IMG/VR virus record: IMGVR_UViG_3300012943_000028
Location: 304,642-358,444 of that record
Reading direction: 5' to 3' (one strand)
Origin: a virus
Lineage: Duplodnaviria; Heunggongvirae; Uroviricota; Caudoviricetes
DNA length: 53,803 bases
This document shows positions 16,056-25,599 of this stretch, piece by piece. Position 1 is the stretch's first letter, and the number at the start of each line of letters is the position of its first letter. Below the pieces are notes generated by a model. That model worked only from the letters and a program-made list of their open reading frames with translations. It made no database searches and was not told where the DNA came from. Position numbers and translations under genes: made by a program.

Positions 16056-16988
16056 CTAGGTGAAGCGATAATACCATCCTAACGGATTCGCCAAGAAGAT
16101 GCGGAAGAAGTTTCCATCTGGGGTTTTTCCATCGTCCTTGATGTTGCCCGGTGTGATGGCACCGGTATCAACCAGTTTATCGAAAACATCCGCGTCCGTG
16201 CCAATGCTGCGCACCGTGCCAGCCTCGATGTGCGATAGGGCGTCGTACTTTTTCTCCGTGCGGCGCCAGAACACCTTGATGATCTCCTTGCAGAGGGCGA
16301 GCACATCGAACTCACCATCTACCCAGCAGCGATCGATCGACGCTTCAGTAAAACCGCCAGGTGCGGCAGCGTTCATGATCTCGAACAGATACGCCTTAGA
16401 GCGCTTCACTCCAGCAGCTTTAAACTGCGACGTCCAGTGCTGCCCTCCCTTCCACGGCTCGAACCCTTCACGCTGTTTCGTGCACTTGTTCGGTTTAAAT
16501 TCGGGATACCTCTTGCTAATGGAGATACACGCCTTGTTGAAGTCGGTACCCTTGACATCAGACCAGCACCTCGCATCCTTCCCTCTGAACTCCACCTTTT
16601 TGCCAGTGATGAGCAGATCACCTTGGTTTTTCTTCTTACTGATCATTACTTCTGGCGATGACATCAGGGCGGCAAATTCCCAATCACCACAGGCGGCGTT
16701 CGGTGTTCCAAGTCCTTGAGGACGGCGCAGTGAAAGGTTGTGCACTAGTTCTCTAAACTCTTCAACGACATAATCCTCAATGCGCGCTCCATCAGTGATG
16801 AAGCATCGTGCGTCCATGATCTTGTTGGCATTGTAAGCGTTGATGTACTGCGTCGGCGTGATGCCACTCTGAATGAGCACTGCAGCCAGCGTGAAAGTAA
16901 GGTCTTCCTGCGCCTTGCCGTCTTTCCGCGTAATCTTCTTGATGTGGGCTGCGAGGCTCTTCTGGTAGTTCGAAAATTCGGTCTTCAT
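16056..16988 (-). CDS. putative PD-(D/E)xK endonuclease, partner of the methyltransferase
   Basis: GDLLITGKKVEFRGK resembles a D-x(6)-E-x-K/R core; co-oriented and adjacent to the MTase. Confidence 0.55.
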   Translation of the reverse strand: MKTEFSNYQKSLAAHIKKITRKDGKAQEDLTFTLAAVLIQSGITPTQYINAYNANKIMDARCFITDGARIEDYVVEEFRELVHNLSLRRPQGLGTPNAACGDWEFAALMSSPEVMISKKKNQGDLLITGKKVEFRGKDARCWSDVKGTDFNKACISISKRYPEFKPNKCTKQREGFEPWKGGQHWTSQFKAAGVKRSKAYLFEIMNAAAPGGFTEASIDRCWVDGEFDVLALCKEIIKVFWRRTEKKYDALSHIEAGTVRSIGTDADVFDKLVDTGAITPGNIKDDGKTPDGNFFRIFLANPLGWYYRFT

Positions 16989-17090
16989 GCTGCTTCCTGA
17001 TGGATGGTGTTATACACCGTGGAAACATCATAATCTAGTTGGCACGAAATGTAAACGGTGTTAGACAACCGTCCCATTTAACATAATGTG

Positions 17091-17321
17091 TCAGTCTTCG
17101 ACCGGAACGATCTCGACGATGCCGTGCTTGTGGTTGGCACCCCAGTCCCTGCCGTCGGCAAAGGAGAGGGCCATGAGCCATGATGCGAGGTTCTTCTTGA
17201 CGTCTTCCTCGCTCGCTCTGACGTGGATGAGGTTGCCACCGTCCATCAACTTCGCGTCCTTGCCCCACAGGTGTTTCACTGTTTGCTTAAGGTTCATTCC
17301 TGGAACATATCTGATGGTCAT
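17091..17321 (-). CDS. hypothetical protein
   Basis: start trimmed to MTIRYV. Confidence 0.6.
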   Translation of the reverse strand: MTIRYVPGMNLKQTVKHLWGKDAKLMDGGNLIHVRASEEDVKKNLASWLMALSFADGRDWGANHKHGIVEIVPVED

Positions 17322-17353
17322 TGAGGTATCTCCACTTGGTCTAGTATTTATCC

Positions 17354-17761
17354 CTAGACTTCCACCCACCTCAACTTCATGCCAAGCAGCTGCTGGCGCA
17401 GGTCGTCTGGAGCAACCCTCGACCGTTCAAGCAGGTAGATGTAGATGCCCAACCAGCTTGGACCGTGGTCCTGCGCACGATACCCACAGAACTCGAAGCA
17501 GATGTAGTGCGCCACCTCGTGCAGTGCGATCTGCGGTGAGAGGCCGCCGTGCTTCTGCATTGAGATGACCTTGAGCTCTGGAATGCAGTACGACAGCTCA
17601 TCAGTATCGTGGCAGCGTACTTCCAGCGGTTCGACATTGAAGTGCACGCACGCCCTCTTGATGAGGGCGGCGATCTTCTTGAAGCTGGTCGTGCTCTTGT
17701 CCCAGCCCTGCGCATCCTCGTAGGCGTAGATGCGGGCCTTCTGTGGATCAGGCTTTGCCAC
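17354..17761 (-). CDS. SprT/YgjP-like zinc metalloprotease domain protein
   Basis: LHEVAH...DHGPSW; GTG start inferred. Confidence 0.75.
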   Translation of the reverse strand: MAKPDPQKARIYAYEDAQGWDKSTTSFKKIAALIKRACVHFNVEPLEVRCHDTDELSYCIPELKVISMQKHGGLSPQIALHEVAHYICFEFCGYRAQDHGPSWLGIYIYLLERSRVAPDDLRQQLLGMKLRWVEV

Positions 17762-17990
17762 TGGTTCCCTGCAGCACGTGCAGGCGGGCCTTGATGCGCT
17801 CAACGTATTCCCACCCGCTGATGATCTTGGCGTTGTGCTCTTTGTCCTTCGGGTACAGATCAACCAGCGACTCACCGCAGCAGTCACAGAAGGAGATGCT
17901 GCTGACACGTGCACGCGCTGCCTTGAGCAGCGCTTGCAGGCGTGGGATAGTGAGGTGCGTGAGCTCCTCGTTGGAGAGGTAGCGGGCCAT
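17748..17990 (-). CDS. hypothetical protein with CxxC-like motif
   Basis: 80 aa, FCDCCG. Confidence 0.7.
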   Translation of the reverse strand: MARYLSNEELTHLTIPRLQALLKAARARVSSISFCDCCGESLVDLYPKDKEHNAKIISGWEYVERIKARLHVLQGTSGKA

Positions 17991-18160
17991 CAGTGCGTGA
18001 AGGCGTACTGCTCGGCGGCGATCATGCGGTCGATGATCTCTTCACGAGTGTCCTCGTGATCGACCTCAACGCCCATGTCGGCGGCCAGCTTGACGAGGTC
18101 GGCGTACGACAGCTTGCAGACATCTTCACGAATCTGTTCGGCGATCTTGGCACAAGACAT
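17990..18160 (-). CDS. 56-aa hypothetical protein
   Basis: translated manually; GGAGG RBS; overlap with the next gene. Confidence 0.65.
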   Translation of the reverse strand: MSCAKIAEQIREDVCKLSYADLVKLAADMGVEVDHEDTREEIIDRMIAAEQYAFTH

Positions 18161-18230
18161 GTGACACCTCCATCAGCAGTGAAGGACATTATACATCAGG
18201 CCCAAACCTGAGTACATTTTACATAATGTC

Positions 18231-19358
18231 TTAGCTCGAGACGCCGATGGACTTCGAGATTGTGTCGAGCTGCTTTCTAAGATCGAACAGCTTCTTCTGG
18301 AAGGTTGTGCGCTTGTCAAGATCAAGAGCGTTGTACTTGCGCATGTTCAGCTTACCGTCCTTGCCCATGATTTCCTTTGAGAAGGAATCCCATGAGGAGG
18401 TCAGCGCATCAGAAACATCGCCGAGTTCAGCCTTCTTTGGTGGTGTCGCTGTTGGCTCGATGGCAACGGTCGCAGCAGGCTTCGCCTCAGGCGCAGTCTT
18501 GTTTTCTGTCTTTTCTTCTGGCGTGTCTGGCTTCTTGGCGGCTGGTTCAGCTGCCTCATCGTCGTCCTTGATTCGTGAGTGCTGCTGACCACGCTGGTAG
18601 CGCAGAACACGATCATCCCATTCCTGAAGAACGGCCTTCAGCTCATGGTCATTTGGGTATGCAACGATGATGGCGTTCGGGTTCAGCGCATTGATCAAGC
18701 GCTCTGTGTCGTTCTGAACCTTGTCAAGGTGTGGGCCAAGCTTTTTCAGGTTCGAGCCGTTGAGCGTCGCAACGTAGTGGTCGTGCGACATCATCTTGGC
18801 AAGAATGTCCCTTGCTGCCTGCACGTTACTTTCATTCTTACCACCGCTTGAAACGAAGCGGTGCGTGGCGGTGAGCTGCTTCATGAGGCTGTTTGGGATG
18901 TCGAGCAGCGTGATGGTCTCATCATCGCCTGGCGTAAGCGATGACAGCTTGTAGCCGTTTGGCATCGCCTGAAGTTCTTTACTTGCCTTTGGATTCTGCG
19001 GTGAGCGCACGAACGAGGTGACCTCATCATCTGACATGGCGGCTGCAAAGCTTGTGCCGTCCTTGCCCTTCATGTAGTGATCATCAAGGTTGCTCTTTGA
19101 CGTGCGAATGACCACACGCGTTGAACCCTTAGGCGCACCCTTGACCCTGCTTGCGAGAGTCAAAAGCGCAGAGCTCTTCTTGCTGATGTTGCGTGGTTCA
19201 GGCTTTGCTGGATCGGCAGCCTTTGGAGCCTTGTCCTTTGGTTCGTCCTTCTTTCCGGCCTTTGCGTTCTGGAAGCTTTTCTTGAACGAGGCTAGGAAGC
19301 CCTCTGGCTCGTCGCCATCGGCCTCGGAGATGAACTTGATCATGGCAAACTTTGTCAC
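18231..19358 (-). CDS. hypothetical late protein, possibly virion-internal
   Basis: 375 aa, TAAATA upstream. Confidence 0.8.
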   Translation of the reverse strand: MTKFAMIKFISEADGDEPEGFLASFKKSFQNAKAGKKDEPKDKAPKAADPAKPEPRNISKKSSALLTLASRVKGAPKGSTRVVIRTSKSNLDDHYMKGKDGTSFAAAMSDDEVTSFVRSPQNPKASKELQAMPNGYKLSSLTPGDDETITLLDIPNSLMKQLTATHRFVSSGGKNESNVQAARDILAKMMSHDHYVATLNGSNLKKLGPHLDKVQNDTERLINALNPNAIIVAYPNDHELKAVLQEWDDRVLRYQRGQQHSRIKDDDEAAEPAAKKPDTPEEKTENKTAPEAKPAATVAIEPTATPPKKAELGDVSDALTSSWDSFSKEIMGKDGKLNMRKYNALDLDKRTTFQKKLFDLRKQLDTISKSIGVSS

Positions 19359-19403
19359 AAGAAAGACCTCACTTCTAGTGAAGTATTTATCAGCGCTGCT
19401 CGC

Positions 19404-19691
19404 TTACTTGGACTCTTCCAGCTGCCTGCGGAGAATGAAGACCGGGGTGGAGGTCTTGTCGGCTGGGACGAATGGGCAGTGGCCATTCCAGAGCTCCACG
19501 GCACGTTCTGGGTTGGTCTTCCAGAACTCGTAGACCATGTTCTCGAGGATTTCCATGTCACGCTGGCCAGACGAGATGCGACGAAAGTCGTCAGAGAACT
19601 CGTAGCGCCAGTCAATCTTCGTGAGACGGCCAAGAACCTGTTCCTCAGTAACCTGAGGGTTTTCCGTGCTTAGAACTTCAGAGACCTTCAT
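19404..19691 (-). CDS. hypothetical late protein
   Basis: MKVSEVLSTE start, AGGAG RBS, TAAATA upstream. Confidence 0.75.
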   Translation of the reverse strand: MKVSEVLSTENPQVTEEQVLGRLTKIDWRYEFSDDFRRISSGQRDMEILENMVYEFWKTNPERAVELWNGHCPFVPADKTSTPVFILRRQLEESK

Positions 19692-19766
19692 GTCTACCTG
19701 CTCCTAAGGCTGAATAGCCGTCCAGTATTTATCCACGTGGATACAAAACCGCGTGGATATCGTATG

Positions 19767-20108
19767 CTATTTTAGCACCTTGGAGCTGTCTTGTATACGG
19801 CGTCCTGCACGAAAATCATCAATGTAGGCAACGTTCTCAACCGTCGTTCCATCGATGATGTCGAGCAGCCTCTTGGCGGAAGTTTCCATGCGGTGAAGGT
19901 TGACGCTGATCTGCTGGAAGCAGTAGGCCATGAACTCCTGGTTCGTCATCGTCTCACGCTTCATGTCGAGCTGGTACTGAAGCGCAAGACCGGCCATCCT
20001 CTGCTGCTCTGGCAGAGATTCAAGGTAGGTCTTGATGATCTCCCAGCGAGCTTTTTCGAAGGCAACAGGATCGTTTGAAAGTTGTGAGAGCTTGTCAAAG
20101 TCGAACAT
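19767..20108 (-). CDS. DUF3135-like protein
   Basis: FDFDKLSQL..DPVAFEK..LQYQLD pattern; AGGAGG RBS. Confidence 0.65.
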   Translation of the reverse strand: MFDFDKLSQLSNDPVAFEKARWEIIKTYLESLPEQQRMAGLALQYQLDMKRETMTNQEFMAYCFQQISVNLHRMETSAKRLLDIIDGTTVENVAYIDDFRAGRRIQDSSKVLK

Positions 20109-20121
20109 GTTGCCTCCTAGT

Positions 20122-20916
20122 TTACAGCGGTGTGAAGCTGAAGCTCTTGACCCACATGTAGCGCTCAACGTCAGGGGTTGCAGTGCCACCCCAATCAACG
20201 CTGTTGGTGCCCCAGTGGTTGAACATGAAAGGCGCAAGCTCAGAAGGAACTACCTTCGTGTGCTTGCAGACCTCAACGCCATTGATGTAGAACGTGGTGC
20301 CCTGTGGAGTCCATACGAACTTGTACTTCTTGAACTCGACATGAGGGGCAGGAGTCGTAGGAACCTTGACTGATTCATTCGGATTGGATGCAAGTTTCCA
20401 TGAGGTAAACTGCGCCAGGCCAGAGCGGCTTCCACCTTCAACTTCCATGTCGATCTCAGTGATGGAGTCCTTTGCGTAGTTGAAGCAGCCGGTGATCGTA
20501 CCGCTGACTGGGCTTCCAACTTCGGTTGGGCTCTTAGCGGTTGATGAGGCCTTCACCTCAAACTCGTAGGTGCCGTAGCCAAACTTTTCCTTCGTTGCCA
20601 CCTCACCGCCGACAGAGGCTATACCAGCATCAGTCTTCGTCTGCTGCAGCTTGAGGCAGAGCATGCCATTTGAGATGACGGCGTTTGCCTTGATGAACTT
20701 GCCGCCGCCTGGAGCTTCCCAGAACGACACAGTCCACCTGTCAAGGTTGGAGAAGTCTTCAACGAACGTTGGCTGCTTTGGCGCAGCCGGTGGCTCGATG
20801 ACAACTGGCGTTGGCGTTGGAACTTGGGGAGTTGGTCCAGTAGGAACTGGTGAAGGGGCTGGTGCTGCCTTCTTACCGAAGAGCTTTGCCAGAAGATTGC
20901 TGATCCACTTTTTCAT
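20122..20916 (-). CDS. glycoside hydrolase family 16 protein with Pro-rich N-terminal linker
   Basis: catalytic EIDME (ExDxE), KFGYGTYE, FVWTPQG. Confidence 0.85.
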   Translation of the reverse strand: MKKWISNLLAKLFGKKAAPAPSPVPTGPTPQVPTPTPVVIEPPAAPKQPTFVEDFSNLDRWTVSFWEAPGGGKFIKANAVISNGMLCLKLQQTKTDAGIASVGGEVATKEKFGYGTYEFEVKASSTAKSPTEVGSPVSGTITGCFNYAKDSITEIDMEVEGGSRSGLAQFTSWKLASNPNESVKVPTTPAPHVEFKKYKFVWTPQGTTFYINGVEVCKHTKVVPSELAPFMFNHWGTNSVDWGGTATPDVERYMWVKSFSFTPL

Positions 20917-20940
20917 GGTAGGGTACCTCCAAACGGATAT

Positions 20941-21468
20941 TTATCCGCCAGGAGCCCGCATGGTGGTTATCTTGATTCTTGAGTTTGAGCAGCAATCAAC
21001 GAGAAGATCGAAGACATCGGGCATCACGTTGATGCAGCCTGCTGTGACGCCGATTCTGTTCTTGATCTTGTCACTAGTGATGCGCTTCAGGCGGTTCTGA
21101 CCAGGCACGCTGATGACTCGATGAATGGACCAGATTGACGTCGCATTTTCCCTGTACGCGAGGATGTCTCCACCGTACGCAGGAACCATGATGCGATAGC
21201 GCTTGAGGTTGTACTCACCTGGCAGCGTGTCCTTGCCGACAAGAGCGTTGAAGCAGTGAGTAGATTCCCAGCCACGCGGGATGAAGCAGATTTTGGCCTC
21301 ATCAATGAACACGTAGACGTTCAGCTCTCCACGTGTGCCAATGACGACGACCTCATCGAGTTCTTGGAGGTACTCGCGTGGGATGATGTCAGGCGGCGGA
21401 GACAACACATCCTCGGCCAGGGCTACTGGCGCGAGGATGGTTAGAAGGACAGCGATGAGTCTCAACAT
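20941..21468 (-). CDS. secreted YkuD-type L,D-transpeptidase-like protein
   Basis: signal peptide; SIH...TAGCINV (H...C) motif. Confidence 0.65.
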   Translation of the reverse strand: MLRLIAVLLTILAPVALAEDVLSPPPDIIPREYLQELDEVVVIGTRGELNVYVFIDEAKICFIPRGWESTHCFNALVGKDTLPGEYNLKRYRIMVPAYGGDILAYRENATSIWSIHRVISVPGQNRLKRITSDKIKNRIGVTAGCINVMPDVFDLLVDCCSNSRIKITTMRAPGG

Positions 21469-21485
21469 GAGGCGTTAGCCCGATG

Positions 21486-21698
21486 TTAGCCGCCGTTTTT
21501 CTTGACCGTCACCGGCAGCGTTTCCACCGGAGCCGGTGGTGCAGGCTGCACGACTTCAGGATCGGCTGGCTTTTCGGCCGCCTTGTGTTCCACCACAGCT
21601 GGGGTGGCCACACCGACGATCGCAGCCACAGCAGCGGTCTTTGGGAACCGCATGATGAAGTTGACGATCACGTTGTTGCCGGGATTGTAGATTGGCAT
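21486..21698 (-). CDS. small Pro/Ala-rich protein
   Basis: 70 aa, RBS AAGGGG. Confidence 0.55.
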   Translation of the reverse strand: MPIYNPGNNVIVNFIMRFPKTAAVAAIVGVATPAVVEHKAAEKPADPEVVQPAPPAPVETLPVTVKKNGG

Positions 21699-21708
21699 CT
21701 TCGTCCCC

Positions 21709-22206
21709 TTACTTCAGGTTCCAGCCGAACCAGTAGGAGATGTAGCCCTGCACGCCGTAGCCGGAAGCGCCACGCTCGGGCGATGTCGGATTGACGGACC
21801 AGAGGTTGCCGCTCGAATCACGCTTGCCGAAGTGCTTCTCGTAGAGACCTTCGACACCGAAGTCGATCGATCCCTTGCTGAACTTGCGGGTCATGCGGGC
21901 GCCGATGGCAGGCACAACCTTGTTGTTGTACTGGATGCCGAGGCGGTCCACCGACAGGCCGACCGAAGCGTAGGTGTCGAACACCCACTGGTCGTCGACG
22001 CCGAAGGCCAGCCAGTCCACGCCCTGCGTGAGCTTGCCCTGGTAAATCCAGTTGTTCTTCTCGATGCCCTCGTTGTAGGCTGACGACGGGAAGGTGAGGT
22101 AACCCCAGGTCTGGCCAGGGTAGCCGATCGGGCCAGCGTAATCACCGGCGGCGGCCAGTGAAGTGCTGAGTACCGCAACGGCAGCAATCAGAATCTTCTT
22201 GAACAT
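21709..22206 (-). CDS. exported protein, probable outer-membrane beta-barrel
   Basis: signal peptide; alternating aromatic beta strands; C-terminal YISYWFGWNLK. Confidence 0.65.
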   Translation of the reverse strand: MFKKILIAAVAVLSTSLAAAGDYAGPIGYPGQTWGYLTFPSSAYNEGIEKNNWIYQGKLTQGVDWLAFGVDDQWVFDTYASVGLSVDRLGIQYNNKVVPAIGARMTRKFSKGSIDFGVEGLYEKHFGKRDSSGNLWSVNPTSPERGASGYGVQGYISYWFGWNLK

Positions 22207-22277
22207 TAGGGACTCCTTGTGACAAAGTAAACAAACTTAGAAACTAGATCATATCACGCTACAAATCTACAGTAAAC

Positions 22278-23276
22278 CTATGCTCGATCAAACCAGCGGT
22301 TGGTCTCGATTCGTCCGACGGTCCTGATGAAAACGTAGACCAAGATGAGCGAGATCACGAAGCACGAGATTTGCCCAACCTGCGAGTTGAAGTTGTACGC
22401 GCCGATGGCGCCACCGACAAGGAATGAAGCGTTGATGGCGGTGTTGTGGTACAGGTACACAGTCACTGCGTTGCTGTTCACCGTTGTGATGATGCGCTTC
22501 AGCGCGTTCGAGATTTTCGACAGGTCTGGGTTGATGGACAGCAGCACGAAGGCAATGCCAAACGACATCAGCGAGTACCCGATCGGATTTCCCTCGAGAG
22601 TTCCGGTGTCGTACGACACCATGACGGCGCAGGCGGCACACACGACCATCACGAGGTACGAGATGTACTTAGGCAGAGCGAGAATCTTGCCGTCAGCTCG
22701 TGCGAAGCCGAGCGCCCAGCAGCCAGAGAAGCAGAGCACATCGTACCACGTTTCACCGAGGATGGTGTCTTGATATGGCAAGAAGTGAGTGTACGCTATG
22801 AGCGCACCGACAAACCCGAACACCGCAAACCATGACAGCCGACGATAGATGAACAGCATGAACGGTGTGAGGGCAAGAAGCCACAGGTACGCTGAGATGT
22901 ACCACGTCACGACGATGGCGCCATTGGCGTACTCGTTGTCAAGGTTCCAAGAAAGCCGCTCGTATGGGAACAACCATGAGGTTGACATGGTCAGCTCAGT
23001 CCCGGCGCCGGCAGAGTAGATGTAGCCTGCGATGAACATGATCAGCGCAAACCCATACCACACCGGCAGCAGCCGCCCAAGCCGTGACAGAATGACCTCT
23101 CCAAACTGCTTCTTGTCAAGCGAGTTGGCCATGAACCAACCACCGAGGGCGAACATGACGCCTAGCGACGGGATGTAGGACAGGAACGGCCAGCTGAAGA
23201 AGTGGAACACAACGATGCGAAGGATCGCACCACTGCGCAGCAGGTCTGGATAGAGCTGTCTACTTGGTGCATTCAT
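22278..23276 (-). CDS. acyltransferase family 3 (OafA/IcaC-like) membrane protein
   Basis: DLLRSGAILRIVVFH, WYISAY, about 10 TM segments. Confidence 0.85.
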   Translation of the reverse strand: MNAPSRQLYPDLLRSGAILRIVVFHFFSWPFLSYIPSLGVMFALGGWFMANSLDKKQFGEVILSRLGRLLPVWYGFALIMFIAGYIYSAGAGTELTMSTSWLFPYERLSWNLDNEYANGAIVVTWYISAYLWLLALTPFMLFIYRRLSWFAVFGFVGALIAYTHFLPYQDTILGETWYDVLCFSGCWALGFARADGKILALPKYISYLVMVVCAACAVMVSYDTGTLEGNPIGYSLMSFGIAFVLLSINPDLSKISNALKRIITTVNSNAVTVYLYHNTAINASFLVGGAIGAYNFNSQVGQISCFVISLILVYVFIRTVGRIETNRWFDRA

Positions 23277-24072
23277 TGGCGTCAGCCAGTCCGGTTTCGA
23301 CGCTCTTGATGAAGAAGTGCAGATCGCACCTGCCGTCAACGACCGTTCTGCGAATGTAGAGTGGGTCCTGGCCGACATCGTTCTTCGTCATCTTCAGGCA
23401 CTGGTCCCATGGAATTTCGGGTGCGTTCGGAACCTGGCACCACGTTTGGCTGACCGTCATGGCGCCCTTGAACCCGATGCGCCTTGCAGTGTCAACGAAC
23501 GATTGGTTGTACTCGCCGTAGGGCCACACGATCGTTGCGATCTGCTTCTTCAGCTGCTTCTCGATGATGTCCTTGGATGCGATGATCTCAGCGGCTGCAG
23601 GATAGTCGGTCGTGCCGCTGTGAAGGTGCGAGTGCGAGTACATGTGTGACGCAATCTCGTGGTCCTTTGCGATCAGCCGCACCTGGTCCCAGTTCATGTA
23701 GGCGGGGTACTTGGCATCGGGGATGCGCGCGATGATGGCGAACACACCCTTGTACTTGAACTCCTTGAGGATTGACAGCGTGTTCAGCTGATCGACCCAG
23801 CCATCGTCAAAGGAAAGAACCACCGTCTTGGCAGGCAGCGGCTTCTTGCCGGTCATCATGGTTGCGAGCTCGGCAGCGGTGATCGTCTTGTAGCCTTGCA
23901 GGTGCAGCCAGTTCATCTGCTCTCTGAACTGGTTGACAGTGACGGTTGTTTCACCTGGCTGGGCTTCGGCGGTGAACTCACTGACCACTCGGTGGTACAT
24001 CAGCACGGGAATTGCTTCAGCTGCAGCAAGCTGGCTGAACAACATGGCGCACACAACGATTAGCTTTTTCAT
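23260..24072 (-). CDS. exported polysaccharide deacetylase (CE4, IcaB/PgaB-like)
   Basis: signal peptide; VLMYH, SFDDG, HxxSH, WPYGEY. Confidence 0.92.
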   Translation of the reverse strand: MKKLIVVCAMLFSQLAAAEAIPVLMYHRVVSEFTAEAQPGETTVTVNQFREQMNWLHLQGYKTITAAELATMMTGKKPLPAKTVVLSFDDGWVDQLNTLSILKEFKYKGVFAIIARIPDAKYPAYMNWDQVRLIAKDHEIASHMYSHSHLHSGTTDYPAAAEIIASKDIIEKQLKKQIATIVWPYGEYNQSFVDTARRIGFKGAMTVSQTWCQVPNAPEIPWDQCLKMTKNDVGQDPLYIRRTVVDGRCDLHFFIKSVETGLADANECTK

Positions 24073-25106
24073 CAGTACCTCGCTACCTTATTCCACGTCA
24101 AAATTGTTTTCCTCAGCACGACGATCTCAATGAAGGATCGAATGTGCACGAACATGTTGACCATCTGAAGCCCGACGATCTGCGGGAACTTGTAGATCAC
24201 GTCGAGCCGCCTCGTTCGTATCGCAACGTAGACGTTGACGGCGAACCTTAGCACGAGCCACATCAAGATGATCATCATGATGCCCTTGCCCATGAGCGAT
24301 GGCACAACGAGGGCGAAGATTCCCATGGCGATAACGTCAGTGAACAGCTCGATGCAGAGGTACATCATGTAGATGTCGATGGCCTGCTTCTTGCGGAGTG
24401 AGAACACGCCGTGCTTCAGCACGATCTGCCAGAACCCACGGTACCACCGTGAAATTTGCTTGATGTAGTCTCGAAGCGTGCACGGGTCTTGTGTGATGAC
24501 GACGGCCTTCGAGACGAACTTGACGCGCGAGCGCAGGCGCTGCGTCTGCATCGTGAGGTCCATGTCCTCAGCGAGGGTGTCGTTGTCGATGCTGAGCTTG
24601 CTGAGGATGTCGGAGCGGTACATCGATGCGCAGCCAGGCGATACGAAGATCAGGCCGAAGTTGCTCTGCCCCTCCTTCGTGACGTCCTGGCCGAACGTGT
24701 ACTCGACAGCTCGATGCGCAGAATAGATGTGGTCTTCTTGAGATGACTTGACTCGCCCTACGAACAGGCCGATGTCTGGGTGCGCAATGGCGTTGCTGAT
24801 GAGAACGGCCCTGAAGTTCGGATCGACGATGGTGTCGCCGTCGAGAAAGATGATGTACTCGTGCTTTGCGTACAGGTCAAAGTGCTTGAGCGCAAAACGC
24901 TGAGCCATCGCCTTGCCGCCATTTTGCTCCACACGGCAGCTGTTGACCGGCAGCGATTGGAGAATGGCGTAGGTGTCGTCGGTTGACCGGTCATCGACGA
25001 AGTAGAGCTCGTCCTTGGTGAAACCAGCCTCGAACAACGATTCAACGGTCCTACGAATCACGATTGATTCATTGTAGACCGCAATCACAGCGCAAACTTT
25101 GCCCAA
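24072..25106 (-). CDS. processive GT2 glycosyltransferase (IcaA/PgaC/NodC-like)
   Basis: DDRSTD, DGD, AED, QISRW (QxxRW); C-terminal TM helices; TTG start. Confidence 0.92.
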   Translation of the reverse strand: MGKVCAVIAVYNESIVIRRTVESLFEAGFTKDELYFVDDRSTDDTYAILQSLPVNSCRVEQNGGKAMAQRFALKHFDLYAKHEYIIFLDGDTIVDPNFRAVLISNAIAHPDIGLFVGRVKSSQEDHIYSAHRAVEYTFGQDVTKEGQSNFGLIFVSPGCASMYRSDILSKLSIDNDTLAEDMDLTMQTQRLRSRVKFVSKAVVITQDPCTLRDYIKQISRWYRGFWQIVLKHGVFSLRKKQAIDIYMMYLCIELFTDVIAMGIFALVVPSLMGKGIMMIILMWLVLRFAVNVYVAIRTRRLDVIYKFPQIVGLQMVNMFVHIRSFIEIVVLRKTILTWNKVARY

Positions 25107-25209
25107 GGGACACCCTTACGTCATCATACTTAATCAGGATTATACCTTAGGTCAATCAGGAAGTACACAGCTACCCCGCTCTGACCGGGGCAGTTATGTT
25201 AAATGGAGG

Positions 25210-25599
25210 TCAGGCGGCCACCAGCCGCTTTTCACGCTGCTTGCCAGCCTCGATCTTCGAATAGCCACGCTCCTGAAGAAGGTTGTATGCGTCGTTCTTC
25301 AGGCGGTTGTGGGCGTAGAAGGCCTCATGCGCAGGCTTCAGCGCCGCATACCATGCGTTGCTGTATGGCTCCTCCTTTGAAACAAGGCGGAACGCATCTC
25401 GCTTAGCGATGGCGGCCTCACGAATCTTTTTGATGGTTCCAAAGTAGCGCTCCTTCCATTGCGCCTTGTACTCTAGATATTGCTCTCTTGTGGTGAACGT
25501 GAATGTAGGGATCATATAGCACCTCGGTGATGGGTTGTGAGTGATAACGTACGTCTTAGCAGTCGGCGGTTTCTTCTTGAACATGCTGAATGGCCACAT
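25210..25599 (-). CDS. hypothetical phage protein
   Basis: AAGGAG RBS before MWPFSMF. Confidence 0.7.
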   Translation of the reverse strand: MWPFSMFKKKPPTAKTYVITHNPSPRCYMIPTFTFTTREQYLEYKAQWKERYFGTIKKIREAAIAKRDAFRLVSKEEPYSNAWYAALKPAHEAFYAHNRLKNDAYNLLQERGYSKIEAGKQREKRLVAA

